Positions 11,012 to 24,540 are shown, counted from the first letter of the stretch. The stretch: 64,000 nucleotides of DNA from Squalus acanthias (GCA_030390025.1 CM059438.1:63862001-63926000); one strand, 5' to 3'. Notes: generated by a model from the sequence alone, not told the origin. Numbers and translations are program-made.

Positions 11012-11240
11012 TGACGTAAGAAAACTACTAGGCACTTGGTCTAAGCGTTAAACAAAGCTTTAATCAACTGTTTTTCAACATGGAAGTCTAGTTGTGTCCT
11101 TCTCAAGTTCCTGTTAAAGAATGTCCTGAGCAAGCTGGGCCCATGCCCGAGTATTTATACTCTCCCTGGACAGTGCCACCAGCAGGCCGCCCAGTATTAT
11201 TTCATAAGTCATTTCCACATGAATGACAAGAATCATGTCA
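11012..11240 (-). mobile_element. Mini solo LTR family C, copy 2 (229 bp)
   Basis: TGAC...GTCA; 5-bp TSD ATACT; TATAAATA and ATTAAA on the - strand. Confidence 0.9.
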
Positions 11241-11422
11241 ATACTCAACTGAGTCTGTTGGGCTGTGACATACTCAACCTGATGTGAAACATTTACATGC
11301 CCCCAACGTCAGGGACCGAATCTATATTCTCAAACTATTTCATCATAGCTGGAAAACAAGATTGTAGGATTTTACTATCTTGGACAAAAAAGCCATGCAA
11401 AATTTACCTTCAAGGAAACATA

Positions 11423-12266
11423 GGCCTGGCTATTAATGGGGCGGGTTATGTAGGCGGGGGGTGGCGGAGTTTCGGAGGGTAAATCTGGGTTCCCCCGCAT
11501 GCTGGGGAGTTTTAACTCCACAGCGTGTGTCTTTTGTCCTTGACAGGCTCCCCACCTGGAAATCAGCCTCATTGATAGGCTTGGCGTCCAGTCGTGTGGG
11601 GAGGACTCCACAGAAGGCCGCATGAGCAGGTAGGTCCGATCTACGACCCCAGGGGGTCAGATCCCAGGAGCGTCCGATCCCTGACCCCAGGCGGTAGTGG
11701 GCGGGGGGTGGGTGGCGGTCCGATCCGGGGGGAGTCCAATCCCCGATCCCCGGGGTCTTTGTATTGTGGGGGTTGTCTGATGGGTGGGGAGGGGAGCTTG
11801 GGGGTCCGGGGCGAAGCATTCCTGCTCCTCCTGGCCCACAAGCTGTGCTGTAAAAGCACTTACCTTCTCCCCGAAGCTGCCCTCGCCTCCCAGGCCTCGG
11901 GAAACCCAGCCGTTCACTGTTAAACCTGCAAAGCAGGTAACATCAGAGGCTGCCAGCCTCACTAAAATATTTAAATTGCCAACTCGCCTCCTGGGAGCAG
12001 GTTGGCTGCCCGCCCCTTGTTCCACCTCTGTTAAGAACATAAGAACATAAGAAATAAGAGCAGGAGTCGGCCCTACGGCCCCTCGAGCCTGCTCCGCCAT
12101 TCGATAAGATCATGGCTGATCATCGACCTCAACTCCACTTTCCTGCCCCATAAACCCGGAAAAGGGTGGGGTTGGAGGTGGGTTGGGGTCAGGTTTCAGA
12201 TTTGTTAAATTTTAACATCTGTCCTGACCCCCAACCCACCCATTTCTGGGTGATAAAATTCACCCC
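11423..12266. mobile_element. GC-rich Harbinger-type non-autonomous element with an inserted CR1 tail (~12033-12148, -)
   Basis: Right end aaaattcacccc; subterminal G/C tracts resemble the 42583 Harbinger; (AAGAACAT)n CR1 tail inside. Confidence 0.55.
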
Positions 12267-12749
12267 ACATTGTTTAATTGCAAACATTGTAAATTTTTGG
12301 TTTATTTGAGTGAACTGTGCTGATTGTGAAGCTTTAAATAAACTAAAATGACTGGCAATTTTTTCCCCTTTTCAAGCACAGCAGGGGACAGTCTCCTAAG
12401 TGTCCTATCAAAGATGATGAAAAGAAAATAATGATTCACTCTGGATGGAAACAGCTCCAAGAGGGTCAGTATTGATACGTGTGAAAACATCTAAGTTCCT
12501 TTTGAATCATCACTGCACTGGGTTCATAGTCATTAATTTGCGACTGAAGATTGATTCTTAACTTTGTGAGTGAATATTAAATCTGATTTTATTAATCTAA
12601 GCCTAATGGATTTGGAACCAGTTTTCTCTCTCGCCTTCACACATAATTTAAAGAAAGAAGAACTTATCTTTATATCGTGCCTTTAACACCATGACTGTCT
12701 TTACTTTTGTTATGTTTTTGATGTTTTGTCTAATTGTGACATTAAAGGA

Positions 12750-13220
12750 AGAAAGAAACAAGGAACTTGCATTTGTATAGCGCCTTTTCACAACTTCAGG
12801 ACGTCCCAAAGCACTTTACAGCCAATGAAGTACTTTTTGGAGTGTAGTCACTGTTGTAATGTAGGAAACAAGGCAGCCAATTTGCGCACAGCAAGCTCCC
12901 ACAAACAGCAATGTGATAATGACCAGAGAATCTGTTTCAGTGATGTTGGTCGAGGGATAAATATTGGCCGGGACACCGGGGAAAACTCCCCTGCTCTTCT
13001 TCGAATAGTGCCATGGGATCTTTTATATCCACCCGAGAGGGCCGCTGCCACCTCTGTTTAACGCCTCATCTGAATGACGGCACTTCCGACAGTGCCGCAC
13101 TTCCTCAGTACTGCACCGAAATGTCAGCCTCGATTTTGTGCTCAAGTCTCTGGAATGGGACTTGACCCCACAACCTTCTGACTCAGATGCGAGAGTGCGC
13201 CCCACTGAGCCAAGGCTGAC
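12750..13220 (-). mobile_element. Full-length Deu-domain tRNA SINE
   Basis: Reverse complement of the head, body and tail of the other copies. Confidence 0.92.
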
Positions 13221-13289
13221 TTACCATTTACCACTTATCTGATTTTCCAGCCAGATTAAAGATTGCTTGTTACGGTGTCTCCCTAAAGC

Positions 13290-13760
13290 TCCCAAAGCAC
13301 TATTCAAAGAGCTGGGAGTTCTCTTAGTATCCTGCCATTCTTCACCCCTCAGCCAGTACCAAAAGAGAGAATTAACTAGCATTCACCACATTGCCGATGT
13401 GTGCAAAATAGCTGCCATGAAACGTAAATAACATTTGAGATATTTCTGAAAGGTGTGATAAGGAGCTGTATAAGTTCAAATACTTCTTTCTTTTCTGCTA
13501 TGGCCTCGCCCCTCTCTATCTCTGTAACTTCTTCCAGCGTTACGAAACCCATTATTTACCCCTCCCCCAAATCTCCCCATTCCTCTGACTCCTGGCCTCT
13601 TGTGCATCCCCCACCTCTTCACCTCACCATTGGCGGTCGTGTCTTCAGCTACCTAGGCTCTTCCTCTGCAATCACCCCCCCACCTCCCCACACAAATCCC
13701 TCCACTTCTCCACTTCCCCTAAGTGGAAGGCGATATAGAAATACAAGTCTTTCTTTCTTT
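13290..13760 (+). mobile_element. Degenerate Deu-SINE and L2 3' fragments
   Basis: Partial similarity to the SINE body and L2 3' UTR (accattggcggtcgtgtcttcagc). Confidence 0.55.
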
Positions 13761-14969
13761 CTTTATTTATTTATGCAGTTTCCAAGTTCTTCCAAGCAAG
13801 AATCAAAAAGAAAATTTTTTTAAACAGAATTTTCAACCAAAATGACGAGTGTGTTACAAAAATGGCAGCCAAATGTGAGGAATTCAGTAATTAATCTACT
13901 AGGAAGGTTAAAATCATTTGGAAAAATCAGCTGAAACCCTCTTTAATCTTTCCACTTAGAAAACGAGATACACTCTTGATGAACAATCCATTTGTTTTCT
14001 GAATGTTTTGAAAAATCAAACCGTTGATGCTATTAATCATGGGCGTTTCTAAGTGAGCAGCTTGTAATGGAAAAGGAGCTGTTGTTCATATTTTAAATGT
14101 GTGATCTGTTGAAATAAATCTTTGACAATTCAATCTCTAATTTGTTTTCAAGTCCTTTGGAAAAGGAGAAAAAACTCTCAAAACCTCAAAGGATGAGGGG
14201 AGACACCCGTTACTTCAACTCCGAAACCTCCTATTAATTGCAGGGAAACCTTGCAAACCGCACAAGCTCCGAAGGCACAGATTCTGTTGGTAACTCTCCA
14301 ACCACTGTGGGGATGGAGCATCCAGCTGAATCCCAGGCTTTTGAGACCAGCTCAGGCCCTGAAGTGAAAACTTTGAGGATGACATTAAAGAGCACAAAAG
14401 ATAATTCAGTGTATGAATGTAATCATATTATTGTGAAATAAATACATTTTTATTTTGTTTCAAACCTGAAAAATAGAAATCTCAATTACTGAGGAGAATT
14501 CGTCCGCCAATTTTTTTTCAAAAAGTATTTCAAGTGATTCAACTGGTTCATTTATAATTTTTTTCCTTTTTAACTATTTTTTATTATTGGTAGGTTTTAC
14601 TGAACCATCAGTTGGAATTGGTTATTTTGATAAGTCCTTAGTAGTTTCGCATTGGCAGCTTTCTAACCCTTTCCTCCCTTTCGATTTGTACCTCTTCAGT
14701 TCTGATTTGCTGCTGTTTTACTTTAAGCCAGTCAATAAGAGCGTGAAAGCACGAACGTTGATGGCCAAAGTGTGAGTAAAAAAGTGTGAGAACAGGAACA
14801 AAGCTGAATGTGTGCAGGAAGTGAGTGCAATAGGCAGGACCTTTAGTATATTATCGATAATTGTGGATTTCCCATTACTTTGCTCATAGATTAAAAATTT
14901 AAGAACATTGACTACATAAATAATGTTTTCCGCACCGCAGGCAAATAAATACATTTATTCCCACAACAG

Positions 14970-16887
14970 GCCAGTAACTTAAATAAATACGCTCATCGGG
15001 CGCTAACGGGGCGTAAATGGCTTTGCAACCGGGCGCAGCGCTGACATCGACTCCCGCTATTTTCGGCGGGAGTTTTGCGGTGGCGCTATGGCGTTGCGCC
15101 TCGATCTCCTTGTAGAATTCGCAATATAATCGCGATTTTATAAATAAGGAGAAAACACATAGTTTCGTTCAAACAGCTTTATTTCAGCAGAATGCTGTCA
15201 GGTTTTCAAAGTGGACACAAGCAGCCTGTAAAATGGCCACCACGCCTCGTGGCAGAACATTCTAGACTTTTCGATAAGCAGACAAGATGGCGTTCCAATA
15301 AACATTTGTGAGAGATCGATCAAGACTCAGCACATTTGAGATAATACACGAGACATTATGGGTTTGCAGTATACACATAAATACTGAAATCGGTCTCCCA
15401 GGTGCGAATAAGGGCTATTGTACCAAGCGATTAAGAACCCATCCAAAGACATTAATATGCAAAATCCCCAAGACTCTACGATGAGAGAGCCGTTTGCGGG
15501 TAGTTACAGAAAACATTTGGAAGCCCCAAAACCCCTCCAGGGAGAATACTGACCGGTTATACAATGGGAGAAGTATTAATGGGTACTCAGACAGTTACAA
15601 GTATCACCGAAACCCATTAAACGGAGATCACCCTATACAAGAAGTTTGAGCGCCAAAACCCTAACAAAAGAAAAGACATTAAGATTGGGCGGGAAAAGAG
15701 GAATTACAGCACTATAACTGTAAGCTACAACCGTCCATCTTTCTCTTATTCGCTCGCCGTCTTGTTCCTGCCTCTTGACTCTTATTCTCCTGCCTCTTGC
15801 CGCTTGCATCGTGCCTCTGCCTCTTGCAGCTCTTAAAGACTGTTGAACTTTCTGATCCGCCAGGATCAGCCTCGTGGCTTGCCGCGAAGATCTGTGTAGA
15901 ACTGGGCTGTGAAGCCTTGAAACGGGCACACCATCCCGAGAAGTCGGTAAACGGTGTTGGAACCGAAGGCCCGAGATGAGATGAGATGAGATGAGATGAG
16001 ATGAGAAGAGAAGAAGATGACCATACGTATCGCCACGGTCAGTAAGCCCCGACCGCGCCTGTAGGTCGAATAGACACTTTCCTTGCCCAGGAAGACTATC
16101 TTTTGAGCTTTACAGAACTGGCATCGGAAGACTATTCTTCGAATTTTATCGCATCAGTGCGAGGGCACAGGAAGACTCTTTTTTTGAGTAGTGTCGGAAC
16201 TCCGAGGACGACACAGATCTTCATGACAGCAGACGGTCCAGCCTGCTAGCCGGAGCAGAAACGAGTAAACAAGTGGGGTACAGAGACCCCTGATCAACAC
16301 GTGGGTGATCAGGTGCTGCGGTAAAAACATCCGAGTAGAGTTTTCGGAATTCTCCGAGTTATCACGAGTGGTGAGCATGAGTCTCGATCCTACAAATCTA
16401 GTTTAGAGCAGGTATTGATAGGGGAGGGTTTAAGTTTTAAGGATAACTGTAATGTGTGCCCCCATTTACGATGTGTCGTTCGTTCCTCGTTTCCCTGAAA
16501 TTAGTTACATAACTGCGTGTAAGATTGTATGTCATTAATCTGTGCTTATGACATGTATTTCGTAATCTTGAATAATATGCAATAAAGATTTTCCATTTCG
16601 TACCATTCAACCGGGTCTACCTGAGTTTTCTCTCCATTATTGCTCTCGCATCTAAGTCCAGTGTCAGAACCGTAAGGGCGAGTGGGTCGAACCACTCACA
16701 GGTGTCTAGTGCTCCCAGACTGGCTGGAGACCAGAGCAGGCAACAAGGCCTAACCTCGCACTAGCACCCAGGCTGAGCACAGAGCCACACGGTTCAAAAC
16801 CCTTACATCCTTCACCCGTTGATCGTGACATCATCGCCGTGCGCATCGCCCTGGTAACGCCCAGGACCTGAAATTGACTTTCGCCCC
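14970..16887. mobile_element. Short GC-rich MITE interrupted by LTR family A copy 2
   Basis: CpG-rich arms 14970-15110 and 16812-16887, ending tttcgcccc. Confidence 0.5.
15111..16807 (+). mobile_element. Long solo LTR family A, copy 2 (1697 bp)
   Basis: TGTAG...CTTACA; TSD TCCT (15107-15110 / 16808-16811); TATAA 15713; AATAAA 16581. Confidence 0.92.
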
Positions 16888-17434
16888 TTGCAGCAGCGCC
16901 GGTCGAAAACATTTATTTCATAATTATGGAATGTTCCTGCTTTACTTTGTTTCATTGTTTTCATCCCGAAGCAAAATGCACAGTGGATTTTACAGTCTTT
17001 GTAATAGTTTTCTGGCTGCTTGTATGGACAGTCCCTTTATCCATTGCTGGATACAGAAAAGGGGGCATGGTTTACAAACTGCATGTCCTGGCACACTATG
17101 TGAATGGCCATTCTTGCTGTCAGTCAAAAAACAAATCCTGGTTGTGTTGCACCCCGGTTTCAAAATTTAGTGTTCATTTGACTCAGAAGAGAGGCAGCCT
17201 TACCTGGCACAGAACGCTTACACAGTGCGACAGTGCATTCCGAGAGTTGTCGCCCTTATCGCATTCGACAGCTTCATTCATGAATTCAAGCTCCAAGTTC
17301 CTTACAGAGGGGTTCAGGCTTCTGACAGGAGACACTGTGAGCGACTTTTCAAACACACAAAAAGGCGACTGTGTCGATAAGCGTAATCATTTCTCTGTGA
17401 TTTTGTAAATGTTTTTATGAATTTCAGAAACCAT

Positions 17435-17744
17435 GGCCGGAATTTTCCGGGGTGGTAGTGGGCGCGATCGGTGGTGGGTCAGGTGGGAAAGTCGTTATTT
17501 TTGACAGCAGGACGGGAACCCACTGACATCTTGCTCCCAAGCACCTTTCCCCCAGGCGTGTCAGTCATCGCGGAGCCGACCCGATCCGACCCGACCGTCT
17601 GCTCAGCGCTGACAGACCCGACATCGGGGAAAGGTGCGTGACGGTGGGTTCACAGCGGGGTACCGACCCGCCGGGGAAAAAAACACTTTCCCACCTGACC
17701 CGCCACCGATCGCGCCCGCTGACAACCCCTGCAAAATGCAGCCC
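17435..17744. mobile_element. Palindromic Harbinger-type MITE (~310 bp)
   Basis: Long inverted arms gggcgcgatcggtgg.gggtcaggtgggaaag / ctttcccacctgacccgccaccgatcgcgccc. Confidence 0.85.
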
Positions 17745-20185
17745 ATTGTCTTCGGTCCCCGCCAGAAAATCCGTTCCCTAACCACAGACTCCATCCCTCT
17801 CTCTAGCATCTGTCTGAGGCTGAACCAGACTGTTTGCAACCTTTGTAGAGTTTCGCAATTATCGCGATTCAAAATAACATGAGAGAAGTAGATTCAATTG
17901 ATCGGTTTTATTAAACGAAATGCTGTCCTGATAATAAAGGACACAGAAGCCTGTAAAATGGCCACTGCGCATCGTGGCAGAAGCTTCCAGAGACACAGTG
18001 GGCAGACAAGATGGCGTCGAATATACATTCAGTATAAGATTGGATCATACTCGGTAAACATTGATAAAGACAGGATGCAACCCGTTTGCATTTTGAACAA
18101 TAGCAATGATATAAGTGCTGGAATCGTTTTCCTATGCACAGTAAGGATCATTGAACTGGGCAATCGAAGGCCCATCCAGACACATCAATACACAAATACC
18201 CCCCCCGGCTCTACAATGAGAGAGACATTGACGGGTGATTAAGCCAGTATTCGGGGGGCCCCAGAACCAGTCGAGGAGACGACTCATACACATCCTGACT
18301 GGTTCAACAATGGGGAAGACATTAACGATAGTTGGCCAGTTTCAGGTGCTACCGAAACCCGTTGAAGAAGATAATCGCCCCATGCTGGGAGTTTTGAGCG
18401 CCAATATTACACAAAGGATAAACATTAAGATTTGAGCGGGAGATAAGCGGACACATCACTATAACTATAGAGAACAAATGTCCATCGGTCTCTTATTCGC
18501 TTGCCTCTTGCTGAACTCGCTTGACTTGTGGGCTCTTGTGTTTCTCTGGACTTTGTTGACTCTTGACTCTTAGCCGTACTGGTCGGTTATTCGAGTGTTG
18601 GGTGGAGCTCAATCGGTACGAGCCGCCCCGACAAGGGCAAGTAACAGGGTACACCATCCCGAGTGTCGGTAAATGGTGTCTGGACCCGGAGGCCCGAGGA
18701 GACGAGATGAGAAGAAGACGAGAAGAAGACGAGAAGAAATTCCATGTGCCGCCACGGTCAGTAAACCCTGACCGCGCCCGAAAATATATGTACAGAACTC
18801 TTCTTTGAGTTCTACAGACTTCAACCTGTACCGCAACACAGGAAGACTCTTCTTTGAATTTTACAACATTTTGAGTTCCATCGATTTCTTCATGACAACA
18901 GAGAGTCTGGCCTGCTTTTCGCAGCAGCGAAAGTAAACAAGTGGGGTGCAGAAACCGTTCCAAACACGTGACAGTCAGGCGCTGCAGTGAAACGAGCTGA
19001 GTGCCTCACTTTAAAAATCTCTGAAGTAACACGAGTGGTGAGCATGTTTTACGATCCTACAAATCCAGACGTAGTTTAGGTATTGTTAAGGGAGGGTGGT
19101 TTGATAAGGTTAAGGTACAATGTGTTCCCCTTTTTACGATGTGCCGTGTGTTCTCCATTTCCATAGACCAAGCTTTATGAATGTATGTATACTTGTACTC
19201 TCTTTGATTTGCGCCTATGACATGTATTTCATGATTTTAGACACCATGCAATAAAGATTTTCATTTTGTGCTATTCAACCGGGTCTATTTGAGTTTTTCT
19301 CTGCATTACTGCTCCTTGCATCTAAGTCCAGGTGTCAGAACCGTAAGGGCGAGTGGGTCGAACCACTCACAGGTGCTTATTGCAAAAGGCTGGCCGGAGA
19401 CCAGAGCAAGCAATAGTATGGGCAACGAAGGCCTAACCTCGCACCAGCACCATCTGAGACACGTTCCCCTTACACCTTGGTGTTATAGTTGACCCTGAAA
19501 TGAGCTTCCAACCACATAACTAAGACCGCCTATTTCCACCTTCGTAACATCGCCCGTCTCCACCCTTGCCTCAGCTCATCTGCTGCTGAAACCCTCATCC
19601 ATGCCTTTGTTACCTCTAGACTTGACTATTCCAACGCACTCCTGGCTGGCCTCCCACATTCAACCCTATATAAACTTGAGGTCATCCAAAACTCGGCTGC
19701 CCGTGTCCTAACTCGCACCAAGTCCTGTTCACCCATCACCCCTGTGCTCACTGACCTACATTAGCTCCCGGTATAGCAAAACCTCAATTTTTAAAATTCT
19801 CATCCTTGTTTACAAATCTCTCTATGGCCTCTCCCCTCCCTATCTCTGTAATCTCCTTCAGCCCCACAACCCCCTAAGATATCTGCTCTCTTCTAATTCT
19901 GGCCTCTTGAGCATCCATGATTATAATCACTCAACCTTTGGCGGCCGTGCCTTCTGTTGCCTCGGCTCTAAGCTCTGGAATTCCCTCCCTAAACCTCTCT
20001 GCCTCTCTTTCCTCCTTTAAAACGCTCCCTAAAACCTACCTCTTTGACCAAGCTTCTGCCCTAATTTCTCCTTATGTGGCTTGGTGTCAAATTTTGTTGT
20101 ATAACACTCCTGTGAAGCTCCTTGGGACGTTTTACTAGGTTCACGGCGCTATATACATACAAGTTGTTGTTGCTGTTGTTGCTTT
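17745..20185 (+). mobile_element. L2 LINE 3' portion split by LTR family A copy 3 (17745-17843 and 19479-20185)
   Basis: IVFGP..LNQTVCNL|GV..DPEMSF continues across the insertion; (TTG)n tail. Confidence 0.92.
17844..19474 (+). mobile_element. Long solo LTR family A, copy 3 (1631 bp, most divergent)
   Basis: TGTAG...CTTACA; TSD CCTT (17840-17843 / 19475-19478); AATAAA 19250. Confidence 0.92.
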
Positions 20186-20196
20186 CTGAAAATTAT

Positions 20197-20941
20197 GGCC
20201 CAAAAATTAGTCTTAGTACGCGAGAGTACGCACTGTGTACTCTCGTGTATTCTGTCTCCAATTGCCGGTTTTCTGCATGCACTGCGCATGCGCTGAAAAC
20301 CGGCACTTGGTGAACTCAAAAGGGGGCGGTTCCTAGGTGAACCGCGTGCGCGCTACAGGCTGCACGCACGCAGTGCACTTAGTGCTTTGGACGCGCAGGT
20401 AAGCATGGAAGATTTTGCACATAAAGAAAGGAGGCGTAAGACCCTCTTTTAACAAGGTAAGTAGTTAATTAAGTATTATTTTACATTTTTTTCAACAGGT
20501 TTATCTTTTTTAGAGACTTTAAAGAAAGGTAAGTTTATTTTTATAACTTTTAAAAAGATTTTAAATTTTTTCAAAAATTTAATTTTTTGTTTAAAGTGGT
20601 TAATTTATTTAACTATACTTATTTTATTAATGTGATGGTTTTTAAAAAAAATTTAATTGAGGTTTAGCTGTTCTTTTGGGGGGGGTATAGATTCATATCT
20701 TTGACAGCCCTTGCTGTCAAAACTATGAATGAAAGATGGTGTGCTGCCATTGGCTCTAACTGAATCACGTGATCCCACAGCTCGCACGAATTAACTGCGT
20801 CTGTGGGATACTCACACACTGCACAGCTGCAGCCTTGAAACTAAAGTTCGTGTGAGCTCGGAAGGAAATGGCAGGCGCGCAGTGAGATATCGCGGGGAAG
20901 CCTTACCCCCGCAGGAAGGCTCCGTCTTTAATTTCTGGGCC
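20197..20941. mobile_element. Harbinger-type MITE, M1-related
   Basis: TIR GGCCCAAAAATTA / TAATTTCTGGGCC; shares gctgaaaaccggcactt and aaggtaagttt motifs with M1. Confidence 0.78.
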
Positions 20942-21163
20942 TATATTTGAACCACAAACGTGCAAGTGTAGTGCACACTTTAGAGCATGACAAATTGAGT
21001 TGGACTGGGTGTTTGTCTGGCATGCATGTGTGACGCTCCGGATGTCATACTTTGTCACCAATGCAAAATAATTTTTAGTATACAAAAGAAAGCAAATGGT
21101 CCAGTAATTTGCTGAAAAAATAACGATGTGTGAATGACACACAACGTTATTTATGTGCAAATC

Positions 21164-21822
21164 GGCCAGTATCTTGTGGCGAGGAAGAGATACCCCATGA
21201 ATTGTGAAGCGTCATGTTGCTGGACGTCTTGTGCCGCTTCAAATCTTGCCCTTGACCTCCTTGTGAGTTTCCTGAAGCTGTTGCATTTGCACATTAATTG
21301 GCTATTAAAATGGCCACAGAATGTTAAGTCTAGCAATTAACAGCGTAATGATGTGATAATTGTTAACGACTGCCAATCAACTTCTCTGGCCCAGAAAACA
21401 AACAATTAAAAGCGTGGAATTTCATTCCTTCAGGTAATGAATTGTAGGAGATTTTAAAAATGTCAAACTTAAAATTTTTTAAAGATCTTACTTTTCCTTT
21501 CTGTCTCTTTTTTCTCTCTCTCTTAATCCAATTTTTCTTTCCCTCTCTTTATTTATCTTTCTGTACCTGATTTGACATTGAATTCTCCCCCTCTAATTCT
21601 CCCTCATTCTCAGTCCTTCCTCTATTTATTTCTCAACTCTTGAATCTCGTGGGTTAAGGAGATACACTGTTGCTCCCAGATGCCCCGTTGCCCTTGCCAC
21701 ACCGTTATCAGCTCGCACCTCCAGCAACTTGCAGGGCTGAAACATTTTAGGTGAAGGGTGCAGGAAAAAGTCTAACTTACCAGGCACATCGCGAGATGCC
21801 CCGCTCCAGCAAATCTCGGGCC
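21164..21822. mobile_element. Harbinger-type MITE, second family
   Basis: GGCCAGTATCTTG / CAAATCTCGGGCC imperfect termini. Confidence 0.55.
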
Positions 21823-22184
21823 AATATTAAACTTCAAATGGAAATTTAGAACTGCCTTCTGATTCATCTCAGCAGTTTGTAAGTAGCCACAATTCCCTGG
21901 ATTTGCCTGTGTGAAAATGAGGGGGATTTCTCTAGCACTACAAAGCAATGTTTTCTTTAAAAGTATGTCATTGATCTGTAACCTGAAATTTACAAGCCAA
22001 TTACTGACCGCTAATTCACTTCAGGACCTTACAAGCAGCTACAATTTCCCTGATTCCCACAGGAAGTAATTAAGCAATTTCCTTAAAGGGACAAGCCACC
22101 GTTAGCAGCTAAACATCACAGCCAAGCTCTAAAGCCCTGAATACCAATAAGCAATGCCGCAAGAGACCACCTGTTAGGTGTACC

Positions 22185-24540
22185 ATAGAATTATAGAATG
22201 ATACAGCACAGAAAGATGCCATTTGGCTCATCGTGCCTGTGCCGGCTCTTTGAAAGAGCTATCCAATTAGTCCCACTCCCCTGCTCTTTCCCCATATCCC
22301 TGCAAAATGTTCCGCTTCAAGTATTTATCCGATTTGTAGAATTCGCAATATATCGCGATTTTATAAATAAGGAGAAAACACATAGTTTCGTTCAAACAGC
22401 TTTTATTTTAGCAGAATGCTGTCAGGTTTCAAAGTGGACACAAGCAGCTTGTAAAAATGGCCGCCGCACCTTGTGGCGGAACATTCTAGACTTTTCGACA
22501 GGCAGACAAGATGGCGTTCCAATAAACATTTGTGCAAGATCGATTAAGATTCAGCACATTGAAGATAATACACGAGACATCATGGGTTTACAGTATACAC
22601 ATAAATACTGAAATCGGTCTCCCGGGTACGAATAAAAGCTATTGTACCAAGTAATCAAGAGCCCATCCAAAGACATTAATATGTAAAATCCCAACGACTC
22701 TACGATGAGAGAGCCGTTAGCGGGTAGTTACAGAAAACACTTGGAAGCCCCAAAACCCCTCCAGGGAGAACACCGACCGATTAAACAATAGGAGAAATAT
22801 TAACAGGTACTCAGACATTTACGAGTAGCCCCGAAACCCATTAAAAACGGAGATCACCTATACAAGACATTTGAGCGCCAAACCCTAACAAAAGGAAAAG
22901 ACATTAAGGTTGGGCGGGAAACGGAAGATTTTGCACTATAATTGCAAGCCCCAAACCGTCCATCTCTCTCTTATTCGGTTGACTCTTATCCTCGTGGCTG
23001 CTCCTGTGTTCTTGACTCGCCGTCTTGTTCCTGCTTGCCTGGTGTCTCTTTTCAAAAGACTGTTGAACTTTGTGATCCGCTCGGATCTACCTCGTGTCGT
23101 GTCGCGAAGACCTGTGTTGAACTGGGCTCTGAAGCCTTGAAACGGACGCACCATTCCGATAAGTCGGTAAACAGTATCGGAACCAAAGGCCCGAGATGAG
23201 ATGAGATGAGATAAGATGAGATGAGAAGAGAAGAAGACCATACTTATCGCCACGGTCAGTAAGCCCCGACCGCGCCTGTAGGTCAAATTGACATTTTCCT
23301 TGCCAGGAAGACTTCTTTGAACTTTACAGAACTGACACAGGAAGACTCTTCTTTGAATTTAATCGGACCTGTGCGAGGGCACAGGAAGATTCTTTTTTTG
23401 AGTATTGTCCGGACTCTGAAAGCCACCAACACAGATCTTCATGACAGCAGACGCTCCAGCCTGCTAGCCGGAGCAGAAACAAGTAAACAAGTGGGGCCAG
23501 GAGACCCCCTGATCGACACGTGGGTGCTGCGGTGAAAAACATCCGATCAGCTATTCGGAATTTCTCCGAGTTATCACGAGTGGTGAGCATGAGTCTCGAA
23601 TCCTACGAATCTAGCTCGGACAGATATTGATAGGGGAGGGTTTCAAGTATTAAGGATAATTGTAATGTGTGCCCCCATTTACGATGTGTCGTTCGTTCCT
23701 CGTTTCCCTGAAATTAGTTACATAACTGCGTGTAAGATTGTACTGTCATTAATCTGTGCTTATGACATGTATTTCGTAATCTTAAGTATTATGCAATAAA
23801 GATTTTCCATTTCGTACCATTCAACCGAGTCTACCTGAGTTTCATCTCCATTACTGCTCTCGCATCTAAGTCCAGTGTCTAGAACCGTAAGGGCGAGTGA
23901 TTCGAACCACTCACAGGTGTGTATAGTGCTCCCAGACTGGCTGGAGACCAGAACAGGCAACAAGGCCTAAACCCGCACTGACATACAGGCTGCACAGAGC
24001 CACACGAATCTCACAGGCTGAGAGTCGGTCAAGGAAACCCTTACAGATTCCCTTTTGAAAGTTACTATTGAATCTTCCACCAATCTTTTAGGCAGTACAT
24101 TCCAGATGATAACAACTTGCTGCGTAAATCTTTTTATGCTAATTACCTTAAATCTGTGTCCTCTGGTTACTGATCCTTTTGCCACTGGAAAGAGTCTCTC
24201 CTTGTTTACTCGATAAAAATCTTTCATGATTTTGAACACCTCTATCAGATTTCCCCTTAATCTTCTCTGCTGTAAGGAGAACAGCCCCAGTTTCTCTAGT
24301 CTCTACACTGAACTGAAGTCTTTCATCTCTGGCACCATTCTAGTAAATCTCCTCTGCACCTTGCCATCCTTCCTAAAGTGTGGTCCCAGGTCTCTCTATT
24401 CCTGCTCCACTTTAAAATTGTACCATTTAGCTTATATTACCTCTCCTCATTCTTCCCACCAAAACGAATCACTTCACACTTACCTGCGTTTAATTTCATC
24501 TGCCATGTGTCTGCCAATTTCACCAGTCTGTCTATGTCCT
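22185..24540 (-). mobile_element. CR1 LINE 3' fragment split by LTR family A copy 4
   Basis: Tail catagaattatagaa; FKIMK..TRGHRFKV and WQMKLNAGKCEV on the - strand. Confidence 0.85.
22335..24045 (+). mobile_element. Long solo LTR family A, copy 4 (1711 bp)
   Basis: TGTAG...CTTACA; TSD GATT (22331-22334 / 24046-24049); AATAAA 23795. Confidence 0.92.

Noticed and set aside
15111..16807. Ginger-type DNA transposon (TGT..ACA, 4-bp TSD)
   Set aside because: The terminal inverted match is only TGTA; the TATA and poly(A) layout fits an LTR better
16154..23590. Antisense MLTTR... ORF starting at a conserved ATG in family A LTRs
   Set aside because: Frame and length are not kept: copy 3 shifts frame and stops after ~51 codons, and copies 2 and 4 diverge C-terminally
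15111..24045. Paired LTRs of one provirus or a segmental duplication
   Set aside because: Each copy has its own TSD and there is no PBS, gag, pol or PPT between copies
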